The notes: generated by a model not told the origin, from the letters alone. DNA of 64,000 nt from a virus (IMGVR_UViG_3300047546_001263:1-64000); one strand, 5' to 3'; positions 36,659 through 46,941 are shown, counted from the stretch's first letter. Made by a program: numbers and translations.

Positions 36659-39412
36659 TTACCTTTTTAACTTTATATTAAAATAACTTTCTAAATCTTC
36701 TACCGTTCTAACATGTGTTTGTTTCAACAGAAAATCATTTACTAATTCTCGTGCATAGTCTTCTACATAATACTTACCGTTGTGTTCTCTATAAGGTTTA
36801 TCAGTTGCTGCTACCTTAAAGTTGTAATTATGCCATACTGTAGCTAAAGATGTTACTTTTAAATTCCACCCTTTTAAATAACTTAAAAAAGTTTGAAAGT
36901 CTTCTTCTCCATTAAACCTAATGTTATCAGGTAATCTTACTTCTTCTATCCACTGTCTTCTAGTAAATAAAAATCCTGCCGCTGCCCATCGAGTATCAAC
37001 TACTTCGTAGTCATTTAAGGTAGGTAGGTTTTCAGCTATACATCTATTATCATCCGGACTTGTTTCTAGTAAAAATTTCCTAATACGTAAAGGTGTGTTA
37101 TTAGGTTTATTTAAGTACTGCTTTTCGTAATCTGGAACGTCGAAATGATTAGGGTATGTTGTTAGTATTACTTTGTCTTGCTCAATACTGTTATACTGGT
37201 TTATTAGTATTGCATCCCAGGCTTGTCTAAATCTACTATGTGAATCTACTTGAAGAAAGTAATCTTCGTTTCTCACAAGCTCATTCTTTATTCTATTTCT
37301 TGCATATACAACCCCTTTAGCTTGCTCTTTAGGTGTAAAAATAATTCTTAAATTTGGAAAGTTATACTCTTTCAATTTAGTATAAGCTTCTTCTGTGTCT
37401 TGTATATTTACTCCTACAAAAACTCTACTAGGGTCAATAGCTTCTTCATATAAACTTTTTAAAGTATCTATAAGTTGAGAATCGCAGTAACTTGCTATTG
37501 ATACGAATATGTTACCATTTCCAAAACTCCAACTATCGTTATACTCTCTAAACCAGTTACCTTTAAAATGACACTCTGCAATAAATGGTATTTGATGTCC
37601 TAGGTTAAATTTTTCAGTATTAATATAGTAATTTTTATCCTCAATGTCAGACATATATCCTCTCATTCTATAAATGTAAGAAGACAGTGTTGAATGACTA
37701 TTACCTATAAACTTAATACTACGAGTACATATAAACTGCTCAATAATAGGAATCCAGTTATTATCAAATTCATTATAGATACTAACTTGATTCTTTAAAT
37801 CTTCATAGAAAGAAACTCGATAAAGACCCATAAGAGGTCTAAAAAATTCTTTATCTCTATGGTCTGTTGCAATGTAAAGCTTACTTCCCTGAGGGATTAT
37901 ATCTTTTATATTCTCTAAAATTTGCTCACAGCTAATAAATAATTCTTTATATTGAAAGTCATTTCTACGAATATGAATAGAGTAGTAATCTCTATCTCCT
38001 AACTTATTAATAAATTGCCAAGCTAAATCAAAAATATCTGTACGATATCTTACATGTTTAGCGATAAGTTTTTTGATCTCTACATCTAAACTTGTAAACA
38101 AGGTCTGATGAGTAACACCTAGAAGATTAGATTCAAGGAAAATAAATTCTTCATCTGTAAAGTATTCTTCACTTCTTAATACTGGGCGGTGTTTATGAAA
38201 CTTAACAGGCGGGTTAATTTTTTCAAAATTCATAACGTGTAAAACTGCATCATAATCTAATACTTTACAAATACTTTTTACACTGTCGTAATTATGTTCT
38301 AATCCTTTTTCTTCACAGAACTTACTAAACGGTATGGAAATTACTCCTAAATCTGAAGTATCAAAAAAAGATTCCATACTAGAGTTCCCTTCTAGTAAGT
38401 ACATTTTATATTCTGGTGTTAAAACAAGCTTTCGATTAGTTAAGTATGCTATACATACTGCTAACTCTAACGACATTCTTATATTGTTGAAACCACCAGG
38501 CCAAGGTCTAAATAAAATATAACCTTTACTACCATCATAGAATTTAAAGATGCTAGAAAAATCCCACTTATTGTAGTATATATAATCTGTTCTATACTGA
38601 TCTACACTCGTAACCATCTTATTACTTGCTTCGCTTATTATATTTGATAAATCGTATTTTTGTGTTTGATCAAAGGTATGATCTTGCTTAAAGAACAGCT
38701 TGTTTCCTTGCTTATCTGAAATTACATTAGGGTAATGTAGTATACTTCCTATTGTAGACCTACCGGTATCGTTCCATGCAGTACAGGTTCCAATATCCTC
38801 AACTAAATCAACTTTTATATTAGAATCTTTAATTGCATAATCTAATCCCCACATTTCTGCTTCCCATCTTCCTTCTTTCTTTCTGATCTGCTCACAATAC
38901 TCTGTATATTTTTTGTAAAATTTCTTTAGAGTATTAAACTTTAAAGCAAATGGGTACATTATCCCTTGTGCATTATGGATATCTTTTTCTCGATCTTCCC
39001 ATCCGTTTAGTGGAACAAAGTGAATGAACTTTTGACCGATGATATGATTGTCTTCTAATTCAAAATCAACTGCTTTTATAAACAGCATATCTGGGTCCAG
39101 GAATAATAACTTATCATTATCTTGGAAGTAGTTATTTTCGCATAACCATTCTACAGATTTATATTTATTAGGGATACCACCCCACCAGTCATCGTTAGCT
39201 GTTTGCCAATTATGAGCATAGTCTGGTTGATCTATTACTATAGCGTCAGATAAAAAACTAAAATCTGGGTTTTCATGTCTGTGTCCGTAATCTCCGGAGA
39301 GTAGAACGACTAATTTACCTTTTTGATTTACCTTCTTTAAGGACCAGTGTAATAGTTTTAACTGCCATGCTTGATACTCACATCTACTAGTTCCGACAAC
39401 AATATAGTCCAT
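36659..39412 (-). CDS. three-domain glycosyltransferase: HPAT/SGT1-like + O-fucosyltransferase-like + GT60-like
   Basis: N: YQAWQ..NK....WL..LFLDPDMLF..WEAEMWG; middle: GGFNNIRM, HIRRNDF, YIATD, IEQFIC, STLS; C: IFVSIASY, QVDSHSRF, FNGEE. Confidence 0.75.
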   Translation of the reverse strand: MDYIVVGTSRCEYQAWQLKLLHWSLKKVNQKGKLVVLLSGDYGHRHENPDFSFLSDAIVIDQPDYAHNWQTANDDWWGGIPNKYKSVEWLCENNYFQDNDKLLFLDPDMLFIKAVDFELEDNHIIGQKFIHFVPLNGWEDREKDIHNAQGIMYPFALKFNTLKKFYKKYTEYCEQIRKKEGRWEAEMWGLDYAIKDSNIKVDLVEDIGTCTAWNDTGRSTIGSILHYPNVISDKQGNKLFFKQDHTFDQTQKYDLSNIISEASNKMVTSVDQYRTDYIYYNKWDFSSIFKFYDGSKGYILFRPWPGGFNNIRMSLELAVCIAYLTNRKLVLTPEYKMYLLEGNSSMESFFDTSDLGVISIPFSKFCEEKGLEHNYDSVKSICKVLDYDAVLHVMNFEKINPPVKFHKHRPVLRSEEYFTDEEFIFLESNLLGVTHQTLFTSLDVEIKKLIAKHVRYRTDIFDLAWQFINKLGDRDYYSIHIRRNDFQYKELFISCEQILENIKDIIPQGSKLYIATDHRDKEFFRPLMGLYRVSFYEDLKNQVSIYNEFDNNWIPIIEQFICTRSIKFIGNSHSTLSSYIYRMRGYMSDIEDKNYYINTEKFNLGHQIPFIAECHFKGNWFREYNDSWSFGNGNIFVSIASYCDSQLIDTLKSLYEEAIDPSRVFVGVNIQDTEEAYTKLKEYNFPNLRIIFTPKEQAKGVVYARNRIKNELVRNEDYFLQVDSHSRFRQAWDAILINQYNSIEQDKVILTTYPNHFDVPDYEKQYLNKPNNTPLRIRKFLLETSPDDNRCIAENLPTLNDYEVVDTRWAAAGFLFTRRQWIEEVRLPDNIRFNGEEDFQTFLSYLKGWNLKVTSLATVWHNYNFKVAATDKPYREHNGKYYVEDYARELVNDFLLKQTHVRTVEDLESYFNIKLKR

Positions 39413-40666
39413 TTATTGAGGTACAAATTTATAATCTGCTAATGTATAATGTAAAAAGAAATTTCTAAAGAATTCTCCTTCAAAAGGTTCAATACGTCCA
39501 TGTTTGTTAGTAGCAGATTCATATAGAATCATTTCCCCTGGTTCTGCATAAACTTTATGCCATCTACCTAAATGGTCTTGAATATCTAATGGCCAATCTC
39601 TATCTACCTGCTTATCTATTATTACTATAGATGATATGTGGTGAGTTACTAAAGTATCTGTATGTGGTTCTAGTATAGCCCCTCTTTTATAAGATCTGAT
39701 ACCGTAAATCCATTTCGGTACTAAACGTTCTTTATTACCTATAAACTCTTCGTGGATAGGTTGTAACTCTTCTGCAATAATCTCTCTAATACGGGTAAAA
39801 GCATCCATACTAAAGATTTCTACCGGTGCATTACCTTGATTATCGTGTATAAAATCAGTAATACCGTTCCAATGTTCTGCTCGTACTGTAGGTTTCAGTA
39901 AGTTGTATGCTTCTGTAATCAACTGGAAGGTCTTTTCAGGTACTTTTACAACTTTAAATCCTAGTTCAGAAAGCTTTGGTAAATCTTCTTTCTTTGAAAA
40001 TACTTTTTGTACTGGTTGCTGTGGTTGTGTCATTTCTTGATATTCTTTTGCAAGTCTAGCATCTTCAGCACTATTGAATACATTTTCTCTAAACCATTTT
40101 GTAATAATTACTTTTCTACCTTTTCTTACAGGTAAACCTGCATGTAAAGCGGCTGAGTTTTCAGTTCCTGTACCGTTAGAGTTTTTCCAAACTACTGCAG
40201 TACCTTTTACTGGTGTAAATGTCTTTTGTAAGGTAGGAAAATCTGTTTCACCTCCTTCTTCAACATCATTAAGGTATATCATAAACGTCCATGTTCTTTG
40301 GCCGCTAGACAAACAATGGTTATGGTATGCTTCTTTTCCAAAAGCATCTTGGTGGTGTCTAAATTCTTGACCTACCTCATATATTTGACCTTGTGTTGGT
40401 TCTGAATAAGGAGCTTCTATTCCTAATTCTGTATACATTTTTTGATTAACACTACTGATAATCGGATCTGTATCATGTAAAACTGCTGTAGAACTAGTAC
40501 GGCCTTCGTCGTATTTTACAGATTGGGCTCCACTACCTGCTACGCTTGATCGAACACTTCCGTGTTCTGTTAGTCTTACAATATGATCACATTCTTCGTT
40601 TGTTAAGAACTGAGGGATTGTGAATATTTCCAATCCATGGCTGTTTTCTATATATACTCTTTCCAT
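39413..40666 (-). CDS. prolyl 4-hydroxylase fused to a second 2OG-Fe(II) oxygenase domain
   Basis: FLTNEEC, RTSS, HQD, GQRTWTFMIYLNDVEEGGETDFP, LHAGLPV..GRK...TKW; second domain HTD...HGR. Confidence 0.88.
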   Translation of the reverse strand: MERVYIENSHGLEIFTIPQFLTNEECDHIVRLTEHGSVRSSVAGSGAQSVKYDEGRTSSTAVLHDTDPIISSVNQKMYTELGIEAPYSEPTQGQIYEVGQEFRHHQDAFGKEAYHNHCLSSGQRTWTFMIYLNDVEEGGETDFPTLQKTFTPVKGTAVVWKNSNGTGTENSAALHAGLPVRKGRKVIITKWFRENVFNSAEDARLAKEYQEMTQPQQPVQKVFSKKEDLPKLSELGFKVVKVPEKTFQLITEAYNLLKPTVRAEHWNGITDFIHDNQGNAPVEIFSMDAFTRIREIIAEELQPIHEEFIGNKERLVPKWIYGIRSYKRGAILEPHTDTLVTHHISSIVIIDKQVDRDWPLDIQDHLGRWHKVYAEPGEMILYESATNKHGRIEPFEGEFFRNFFLHYTLADYKFVPQ

Positions 40667-40683
40667 ATAAGGGTGTTTTATTA

Positions 40684-42399
40684 TTAACCATCACAAGCTA
40701 CACAATCTTCTGCAGTTCTACTACCAATGTCTCCGTTAATTACAGAATCTGTTCTTAGATAATATAAGGTTTTTATACCTAACTTCCAAGCCGTCTGGTG
40801 AACTAAGTTGATAAATCTTGGACTATCAGTTGGATCAAATGCTAAGTTTAAAGACTGAGTCTGATCGATATACTGCTGGCGGATTGCAGCTTGTTCTACC
40901 AACTGTAGCTGGTTAATTTCAGCAAATGTTAAGAAGATTGGTTTATCCTCTGCAGGCATAACATCTTCTGGTAAATTTGCAATAGAACCTCTATCTTTCA
41001 TAATCTGGTCCCATACTTCTTCTGTATTATGACCTCTTTCTAATAAATAGTTTTCTAGTTCAGGATTTTTACGAATAAAAGTTCCCTTTCCTGAATTAAA
41101 TGTGTAGATATTCGCCGGTAATGGTTCAATACCTGCTGATACACCTCCTGATATAGTTGAATTTGAAACTGTTGGTGCAATTGCAAGCAAGTGAGTGTTT
41201 CTCATACCTGTACCTTTACACCATACTGGTTCTCCATATTCATCAGCTAACTTTCTAGAAGCAGCTTCTGCTTGTGACTTAATTTGAGAGAATATCTGAT
41301 GTGTAAAGCTATTTGCTGCAATACTAATAAAAGGTATCTTCTTTTGTTGTAATAATGTATGCCATCCTAGAACTCCTAACCCAATAGCTCTACCTTTCTT
41401 AGCTGAACGATGTGCTCTGATTAAAGACTCTTTTCCGTTGGTCTTTACTAAAAACTCTTCCATTACTCCATCTAAGAAGTAGATTGCAGTTTCAATTAAA
41501 TCAGTAGATTTCCATTCATCCCATTTAGCTAAGTTAACCGAACTTAAGCAGCAAATAAAACTGTGCTCTTCGTCAGTATGTAAAGTAATCTCTGAACATA
41601 TATTAGTCATTGTTACTTCTAAATTATTCTTAATATATGCCGGAGGGTTAGCATTGTTTACATTATCTTTAAACATAATATAAGGTTCCCCTGTCTCAAC
41701 TCTAGCCTTTAGTATTTCTACCCAGACTTCCATTGCCTCAGGGTCTCTACGCTCGATCTTTTGCATAAAGTTATCATCCACTACAACGCATTGATGTAGG
41801 TTAAGACACTGTCTATTCGGATCTCCTTTAGGTCGTCTAATCTGTAAAAATTCCTTAATATCTGGATGGTTAATGTCTAGATTTACGGAAGCCGCTCCTC
41901 TTCGAACTGCTCCTTGATTTGTTGCAATAATAGTAGAATCGTAAATCTTAGCCCAAGGAATAACTCCTTCTGACTGTCCTAGATCTCCGTTACCAATTTT
42001 GGAACCTCTTCCTCTAATTTTAGAAAGACCAATACCTACACCACCTCCTAACGAAGTCAATCTCATCAATTCAGCATTTGTTAATCCAATACCTCTAATA
42101 GAGTCTGGAGTATCAATACCAAAGCAGGAAATAGGTAGTCCTTTGTCTGTACCCGTGTTAGATAAAACTGGAGAAGCTAAATTCAACCAACCTTTCCACA
42201 TATACTTAAAAAACTTGGCTGCTAAATCAGGTCGATCTAATCTTGCTGCAACTGTATCTGATACTCTCTTATATGCTTTTCGAGGAGTCTCTCCTGGAAG
42301 GAGATATCCTTTAGATATTGTTGATAAAGAAATTTCGTTCATCCATTCAGGATAATCTTTTCCTGCTTCCCATGCGGAAGTATCTACTTGTAGTGCCAT
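40684..42399 (-). CDS. nrdA: class I ribonucleotide reductase alpha subunit (no ATP cone)
   Basis: PISCF, GGGVG, TNICSEI, AIAPT, KTLYY, C-terminal CVAC. Confidence 0.96.
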   Translation of the reverse strand: MALQVDTSAWEAGKDYPEWMNEISLSTISKGYLLPGETPRKAYKRVSDTVAARLDRPDLAAKFFKYMWKGWLNLASPVLSNTGTDKGLPISCFGIDTPDSIRGIGLTNAELMRLTSLGGGVGIGLSKIRGRGSKIGNGDLGQSEGVIPWAKIYDSTIIATNQGAVRRGAASVNLDINHPDIKEFLQIRRPKGDPNRQCLNLHQCVVVDDNFMQKIERRDPEAMEVWVEILKARVETGEPYIMFKDNVNNANPPAYIKNNLEVTMTNICSEITLHTDEEHSFICCLSSVNLAKWDEWKSTDLIETAIYFLDGVMEEFLVKTNGKESLIRAHRSAKKGRAIGLGVLGWHTLLQQKKIPFISIAANSFTHQIFSQIKSQAEAASRKLADEYGEPVWCKGTGMRNTHLLAIAPTVSNSTISGGVSAGIEPLPANIYTFNSGKGTFIRKNPELENYLLERGHNTEEVWDQIMKDRGSIANLPEDVMPAEDKPIFLTFAEINQLQLVEQAAIRQQYIDQTQSLNLAFDPTDSPRFINLVHQTAWKLGIKTLYYLRTDSVINGDIGSRTAEDCVACDG

Positions 42400-42421
42400 T
42401 ATGTAATTTAATTAAATGTTT

Positions 42422-43399
42422 TTAAAATGCTTTTGACCAATCCATATGACCCTTAGAGTAGTTTGTTACTCTACTTGCAAAAAAGTCAGTATGCTGTTTG
42501 CCTGCAATTACTGCATCAAACCACTTCATTGTCTTTAATGCTCCTGCATCAATCTGGTCAGAAGGGATCAAAGGTTTTAAGCCTAGATCTCCCATTTTAG
42601 TATTAACCCTATGTTTAATAAAGTTTTTAAGATCATCTTTAGATAAATTCTCTAGATCTCCTAATTCAAAAACTTTATCGATAAAATCGAACTCTAATTT
42701 TAAAGCTAAGTGAGCTGCTGTTTCGATTTCACCTTGTAACTTTTCTGTATTAATCTCTGGGTACTCTGAAAGTAGCTGACGGAATAACCAACAACCTGCT
42801 TCTGAGTGTAGAGATTCATCTCGTACGGACCATTCAACAATCTGTCCAATACCTTTCAATTTATTTCTCATCTTAAACGATAATAATACCGCGAAAGAAG
42901 AAAATAAATTAACTCCTTCAGTAAATGCTGAGAAGATAGCTAAAGATTTAGCTCGTTCATGCCAATCTGGAGTACCGTCATGACTATCTCTAACATTCAT
43001 TAGAGATTCAATCTTTGCTTTAGTAGCTTCGTCTTCTAAGAATTCTGCAAAGTTATCTAAACCTAACTGCTCGTTAAGTAGAGAATAAGCTTCTGCATGT
43101 ATAGTTTCAAAAGATCCAAAAGTAACACCCATCATAATAATCTCAGGCTTTCTAAACCAGCTAGTTACTAGTCCTGTCCAGTAATCGTTAACTACCGTCT
43201 CAGTCTGAGCAAAGCCTTTTAATATACCGCCGACTACATTCTTCTCGTGATCTTTTAGATTAGATTTCCAATCTGTAACATCTTGTGCCATTGGTACTTC
43301 TGTGTGTAGCCAATGAGCTTGTTGTTGCTTTAACCAATAATCATACGCCTTTGGGTATTCAAATGGTTTATAAACAACTCTTTCATCTCTTAGTCCCAT
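42422..43399 (-). CDS. nrdB: class I ribonucleotide reductase beta subunit
   Basis: ETIHAEAY, EGVNLFSSF, RDESLH, DFFASRVTNY. Confidence 0.96.
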   Translation of the reverse strand: MGLRDERVVYKPFEYPKAYDYWLKQQQAHWLHTEVPMAQDVTDWKSNLKDHEKNVVGGILKGFAQTETVVNDYWTGLVTSWFRKPEIIMMGVTFGSFETIHAEAYSLLNEQLGLDNFAEFLEDEATKAKIESLMNVRDSHDGTPDWHERAKSLAIFSAFTEGVNLFSSFAVLLSFKMRNKLKGIGQIVEWSVRDESLHSEAGCWLFRQLLSEYPEINTEKLQGEIETAAHLALKLEFDFIDKVFELGDLENLSKDDLKNFIKHRVNTKMGDLGLKPLIPSDQIDAGALKTMKWFDAVIAGKQHTDFFASRVTNYSKGHMDWSKAF

Positions 43400-43500
43400 A
43401 GTATATTTTTAGTGTGTTAAATAATAAAATCCCCGGTTGAGTTTAGCAGAAAATGCTTCCGGGGATGTAGAAATAAATAGCATCTTCCTCTAAGTTGGTC

Positions 43501-44835
43501 TTAATTTTCTTCAAAAAATTTCTTAGCAATCTCAAAATGTGTACCTTGAGAACTGCTACCTCCTTCATCTAGAATAGCTTTACTCTCTATCTCGATATGA
43601 CCATTATTTGTATCCATTTTAACATTATAAGTCATACCGTCTTGTCCGTATCTATTCTTCATAACGTGAAGTCGACCTGTACCTAATACCTTGTCTTCTT
43701 TCTGTCTAGATAAAGATAAGCATATATCGGCCACCATCATCTTATCATAAGAACCTGCTGCTTTATCACCTTCAATTACATTATCTTTAGCACCCATTCG
43801 GTTTACCTGAGATGGTGTAAGTATAGGTATTTTTAATTCTTTAGCTAAGCTCTTTGTAGCAATGAATACATCATCAATTTCATCCTTACGTTCAGAGAAT
43901 TTACCTCGTGACGGTGCTTTAAGATAGTCGACATAGTCGATGACAATCATGTCAGGTTTATGTCCCATATCAATACACTTCTGAACGTGACTCTTAATGT
44001 TATTTACTGTCGCTGCTTTAGGAGCATATTCTTTTACGATAAGCTTACCTTTCAAATTATTTATTTGAGCTTCTACGTCCTTTCTATGCTTATTTACTTC
44101 GTCGATAGAATAGCCTGTAAAGTAGCAGTCAAATCGTTTACCTACGTAATCTTCTCCTAACTCTAAGGTATAATAGTTTACCTTGAAGCCTAACTTTACA
44201 GCATGTGCTGCTGCTGCCACCATCGTCCAAGATTTACCGCCACCTGGGTTACCGAATACGATAATCAAATCACCAGGGCCCCATCCTCCTTGAATTGTTT
44301 CATTCATAGCAGGCCATGGTGTAGGTATAGTAGGTCTATAGTCTGTTCTATATCTAGACTCTACATCTTTATCATACTCATGTCCGATATTTTTATCCAT
44401 AGCAGCTTTCATAGCTTTTTCGATAAGGTTTCTGATACCTTCGAAATCGCTTTGCTTTAACAAGTCTGCTGAGGATAGAATAGCAGCTTTCATTTCTTGA
44501 TTCTTACAGAAGGTAGTAAACTCCTCTTCTACGTAAGCTAAATCATCTTGAGAAGCTGCATAAGAATTTCTTAACTCTTCTTTTAATGCAACCTGTAATA
44601 CTTCGTTATCTACTTTTTGTAACTCTACTTTTAATACATCCATAGTAACGGTAGTATGGTACTTATCGAAGTACTTTATAATCTGCCCTACAATCCATTT
44701 ATGTGTATCAGCATCAAAATACTCCTCTCTCAAAACATCTCTTACCGTAAGTAAGAAACCTTTATCTGTTAGTAAGGCGCCGATAACTTTAATTTGAAAA
44801 GCTTTACCGTACTGTGTTAACTTCTGCAATGTCAT
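43501..44835 (-). CDS. DnaB/T4 gp41-like replicative helicase
   Basis: GNPGGGKS, IDYVD, SQVNR, KNRYG. Confidence 0.93.
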   Translation of the reverse strand: MTLQKLTQYGKAFQIKVIGALLTDKGFLLTVRDVLREEYFDADTHKWIVGQIIKYFDKYHTTVTMDVLKVELQKVDNEVLQVALKEELRNSYAASQDDLAYVEEEFTTFCKNQEMKAAILSSADLLKQSDFEGIRNLIEKAMKAAMDKNIGHEYDKDVESRYRTDYRPTIPTPWPAMNETIQGGWGPGDLIIVFGNPGGGKSWTMVAAAAHAVKLGFKVNYYTLELGEDYVGKRFDCYFTGYSIDEVNKHRKDVEAQINNLKGKLIVKEYAPKAATVNNIKSHVQKCIDMGHKPDMIVIDYVDYLKAPSRGKFSERKDEIDDVFIATKSLAKELKIPILTPSQVNRMGAKDNVIEGDKAAGSYDKMMVADICLSLSRQKEDKVLGTGRLHVMKNRYGQDGMTYNVKMDTNNGHIEIESKAILDEGGSSSQGTHFEIAKKFFEEN

Positions 44836-44840
44836 ATAAC

Positions 44841-45863
44841 TTATTGTTTAAAAACCGTTAATGTTCTAAAATTCTCTAACCAGCCTTCCGTGTTCTTAGT
44901 TATACCTTCTATCTTATCTATGTCTAGTAGGTGTAAAAAAGCTCCTGTTTGTAGAGGTGGAATAGGCTCTTTTAGTACACTTAATATATGAAGAATTTCT
45001 TTATCATCCAACTGGCCTTCATGTAAATTCATCAGTTGGTAGTTAGTTTTTACCCGATCCCAATTGTGTATAATTTTAGCAAAAATAGATTTACCGTCTA
45101 AGTTCTGCTCACATACTGAATAGATATCTTGTAGTTCGTAGTTAGGATTAGTAAGTAATCCTGGGAACTCTTTTGTTAGTGTTTTTAACCCCAATCCTTT
45201 TACTCCAGAAAGATTATCTGAATTATCTCCTAGTAAGGCCTTCACTATGTTATAGTTTTGTGGAAGTACTTCTAATTCTTGTACGATATTTTCCTTTGTG
45301 TATAAAGTTTTCTTAATAGGAGAGTATACTGAGATACATCCATCAATCAACTGTAAGAAGTCTTTATCTGAAGATACAATTGTAACCTGTTTCCCAGATG
45401 CTGAAGCACCTAAAGCTAAGTCTGCAATAATATCATCTGCCTCTAACTTCTCCATTGTTAGACTCTGTACTGGTAAGCATTCAAGATAGTCTTTTAATCT
45501 ATCTAATTGAGCAGAAAGTGATTCATACTCTTCTTGCTTATTCTCATACATACCCCAATTAGTAATCCTTGTATGTTGTCTTTGTGCTTTATAGTTTGGA
45601 TCTATATTCTTTCTATTAGTAGAAGAACCTTTACCATCAAACACGCAAACTACTCTTGTAGGGTCTACTGTACGTACTAAAAATCCTAGAGATCTAAGGA
45701 AGCCTACAAGACCACCGATATGGTGGCCTTGAGGATTCATTGCTCTGAGTGTTGAGAAGCTACGAATAAATGTATTCATAGAATCTATGATCAAGATATG
45801 ATCGTTTAACTCTCTAGGCGGGGACTCTTTAAGGTTGTTTATAATTTTGCTATAGTCTGTCAT
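44841..45863 (-). CDS. 5'-3' exonuclease / flap endonuclease (T4 RNase H-like)
   Basis: VFDG, YKAQR, EADD, SSDKDFLQL, GDNSDNL.G. Confidence 0.93.
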   Translation of the reverse strand: MTDYSKIINNLKESPPRELNDHILIIDSMNTFIRSFSTLRAMNPQGHHIGGLVGFLRSLGFLVRTVDPTRVVCVFDGKGSSTNRKNIDPNYKAQRQHTRITNWGMYENKQEEYESLSAQLDRLKDYLECLPVQSLTMEKLEADDIIADLALGASASGKQVTIVSSDKDFLQLIDGCISVYSPIKKTLYTKENIVQELEVLPQNYNIVKALLGDNSDNLSGVKGLGLKTLTKEFPGLLTNPNYELQDIYSVCEQNLDGKSIFAKIIHNWDRVKTNYQLMNLHEGQLDDKEILHILSVLKEPIPPLQTGAFLHLLDIDKIEGITKNTEGWLENFRTLTVFKQ

Positions 45864-46936
45864 TAATCGTCTAATAGGTTTGGTAGGATTTCATCTTCTT
45901 CCATGTCACCTTCTTCGACTAGACTAAAATCAATAGATCCTAAAAGTTTCAACCAGTGATCCTTATGAGAATCTTTATATTTATCGATTGCTTTCTTATC
46001 GTCTGCAATAAAACCATGAGGGGTCATTACAATTCGTCCTCTTGTCTGTACACCTTCAATATGATTCTTTTCGATTTGTATATTTGTTCTTTTAGCAAAT
46101 TCAACCTGTAAGCCACTTTTAATAGCTTTAATCTTAGAAGTTCCTGGGTTAGTGATGTTACCGAATGTAATTACTAATGTTGCATCATACCACATCGACA
46201 TACCGCCTTTATTTTGTAATTTTGGCTGTGACATCGGTGAGTCTGGTTTCTGTGTCCATACTTTATTAATAGCTACTAGAGTATTAGTGTATGGAGATCC
46301 TTCTTTTCGAGATAATAGAATCTTCTGATTGAGGTTATTACCAAACTGAGTAGACATTGCACCTGCGTTCCATTCGTTATTATTCTTATTAGATCTAACA
46401 GATAGATCACACGGTACAGATCCTACTGAATCCCAGAAGAAACATAAATCATGAGGTAGGTTTCCTTTAGCTTGTTCGTCTAAAAGGTCTGCTATGTACG
46501 ATGCTACATCTTCAATAGTATTTAACGTACCTCTATCAGCGTAAAGGAAAAAACCTTCGTAGTCTGTAATCTCACCAGTTGCTTGATCTACAACTTCTTC
46601 AAACTGTAGACCCATTTCTTTAGCGTGACTCCAAGACCATTTCATCTCAGTGATGATTAATACCGGGAGTATTCCCATCTTTTGAGCGGATACTGCTGCT
46701 TCAAGTAATGCAGTAGTCTTGCCGGTGTCGCTATGCCCACGGAGCAGGGTAATATGCCCCGTAGGTATGCCCGGTATAGACGTAATGTCTTGAAAAGCTT
46801 TTGATAGAGGAATCCATCCTTGCTCTTTGAACTTTACCGAAGCATTAGCGAAACCTTTTTTCTTCTTAAAATTTCCTAAGTTAAATCCACCCTTTACTAT
46901 AGCAGATGCTTTTTCTGCTGTTGCGCTTTTTGCCAT
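45863..46936 (-). CDS. RecA/UvsX-like recombinase
   Basis: GHSDTGKTT Walker A, FWDSVG, KGG...YDA. Confidence 0.85.
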   Translation of the reverse strand: MAKSATAEKASAIVKGGFNLGNFKKKKGFANASVKFKEQGWIPLSKAFQDITSIPGIPTGHITLLRGHSDTGKTTALLEAAVSAQKMGILPVLIITEMKWSWSHAKEMGLQFEEVVDQATGEITDYEGFFLYADRGTLNTIEDVASYIADLLDEQAKGNLPHDLCFFWDSVGSVPCDLSVRSNKNNNEWNAGAMSTQFGNNLNQKILLSRKEGSPYTNTLVAINKVWTQKPDSPMSQPKLQNKGGMSMWYDATLVITFGNITNPGTSKIKAIKSGLQVEFAKRTNIQIEKNHIEGVQTRGRIVMTPHGFIADDKKAIDKYKDSHKDHWLKLLGSIDFSLVEEGDMEEDEILPNLLDD

Positions 46937-46941
46937 TTATT

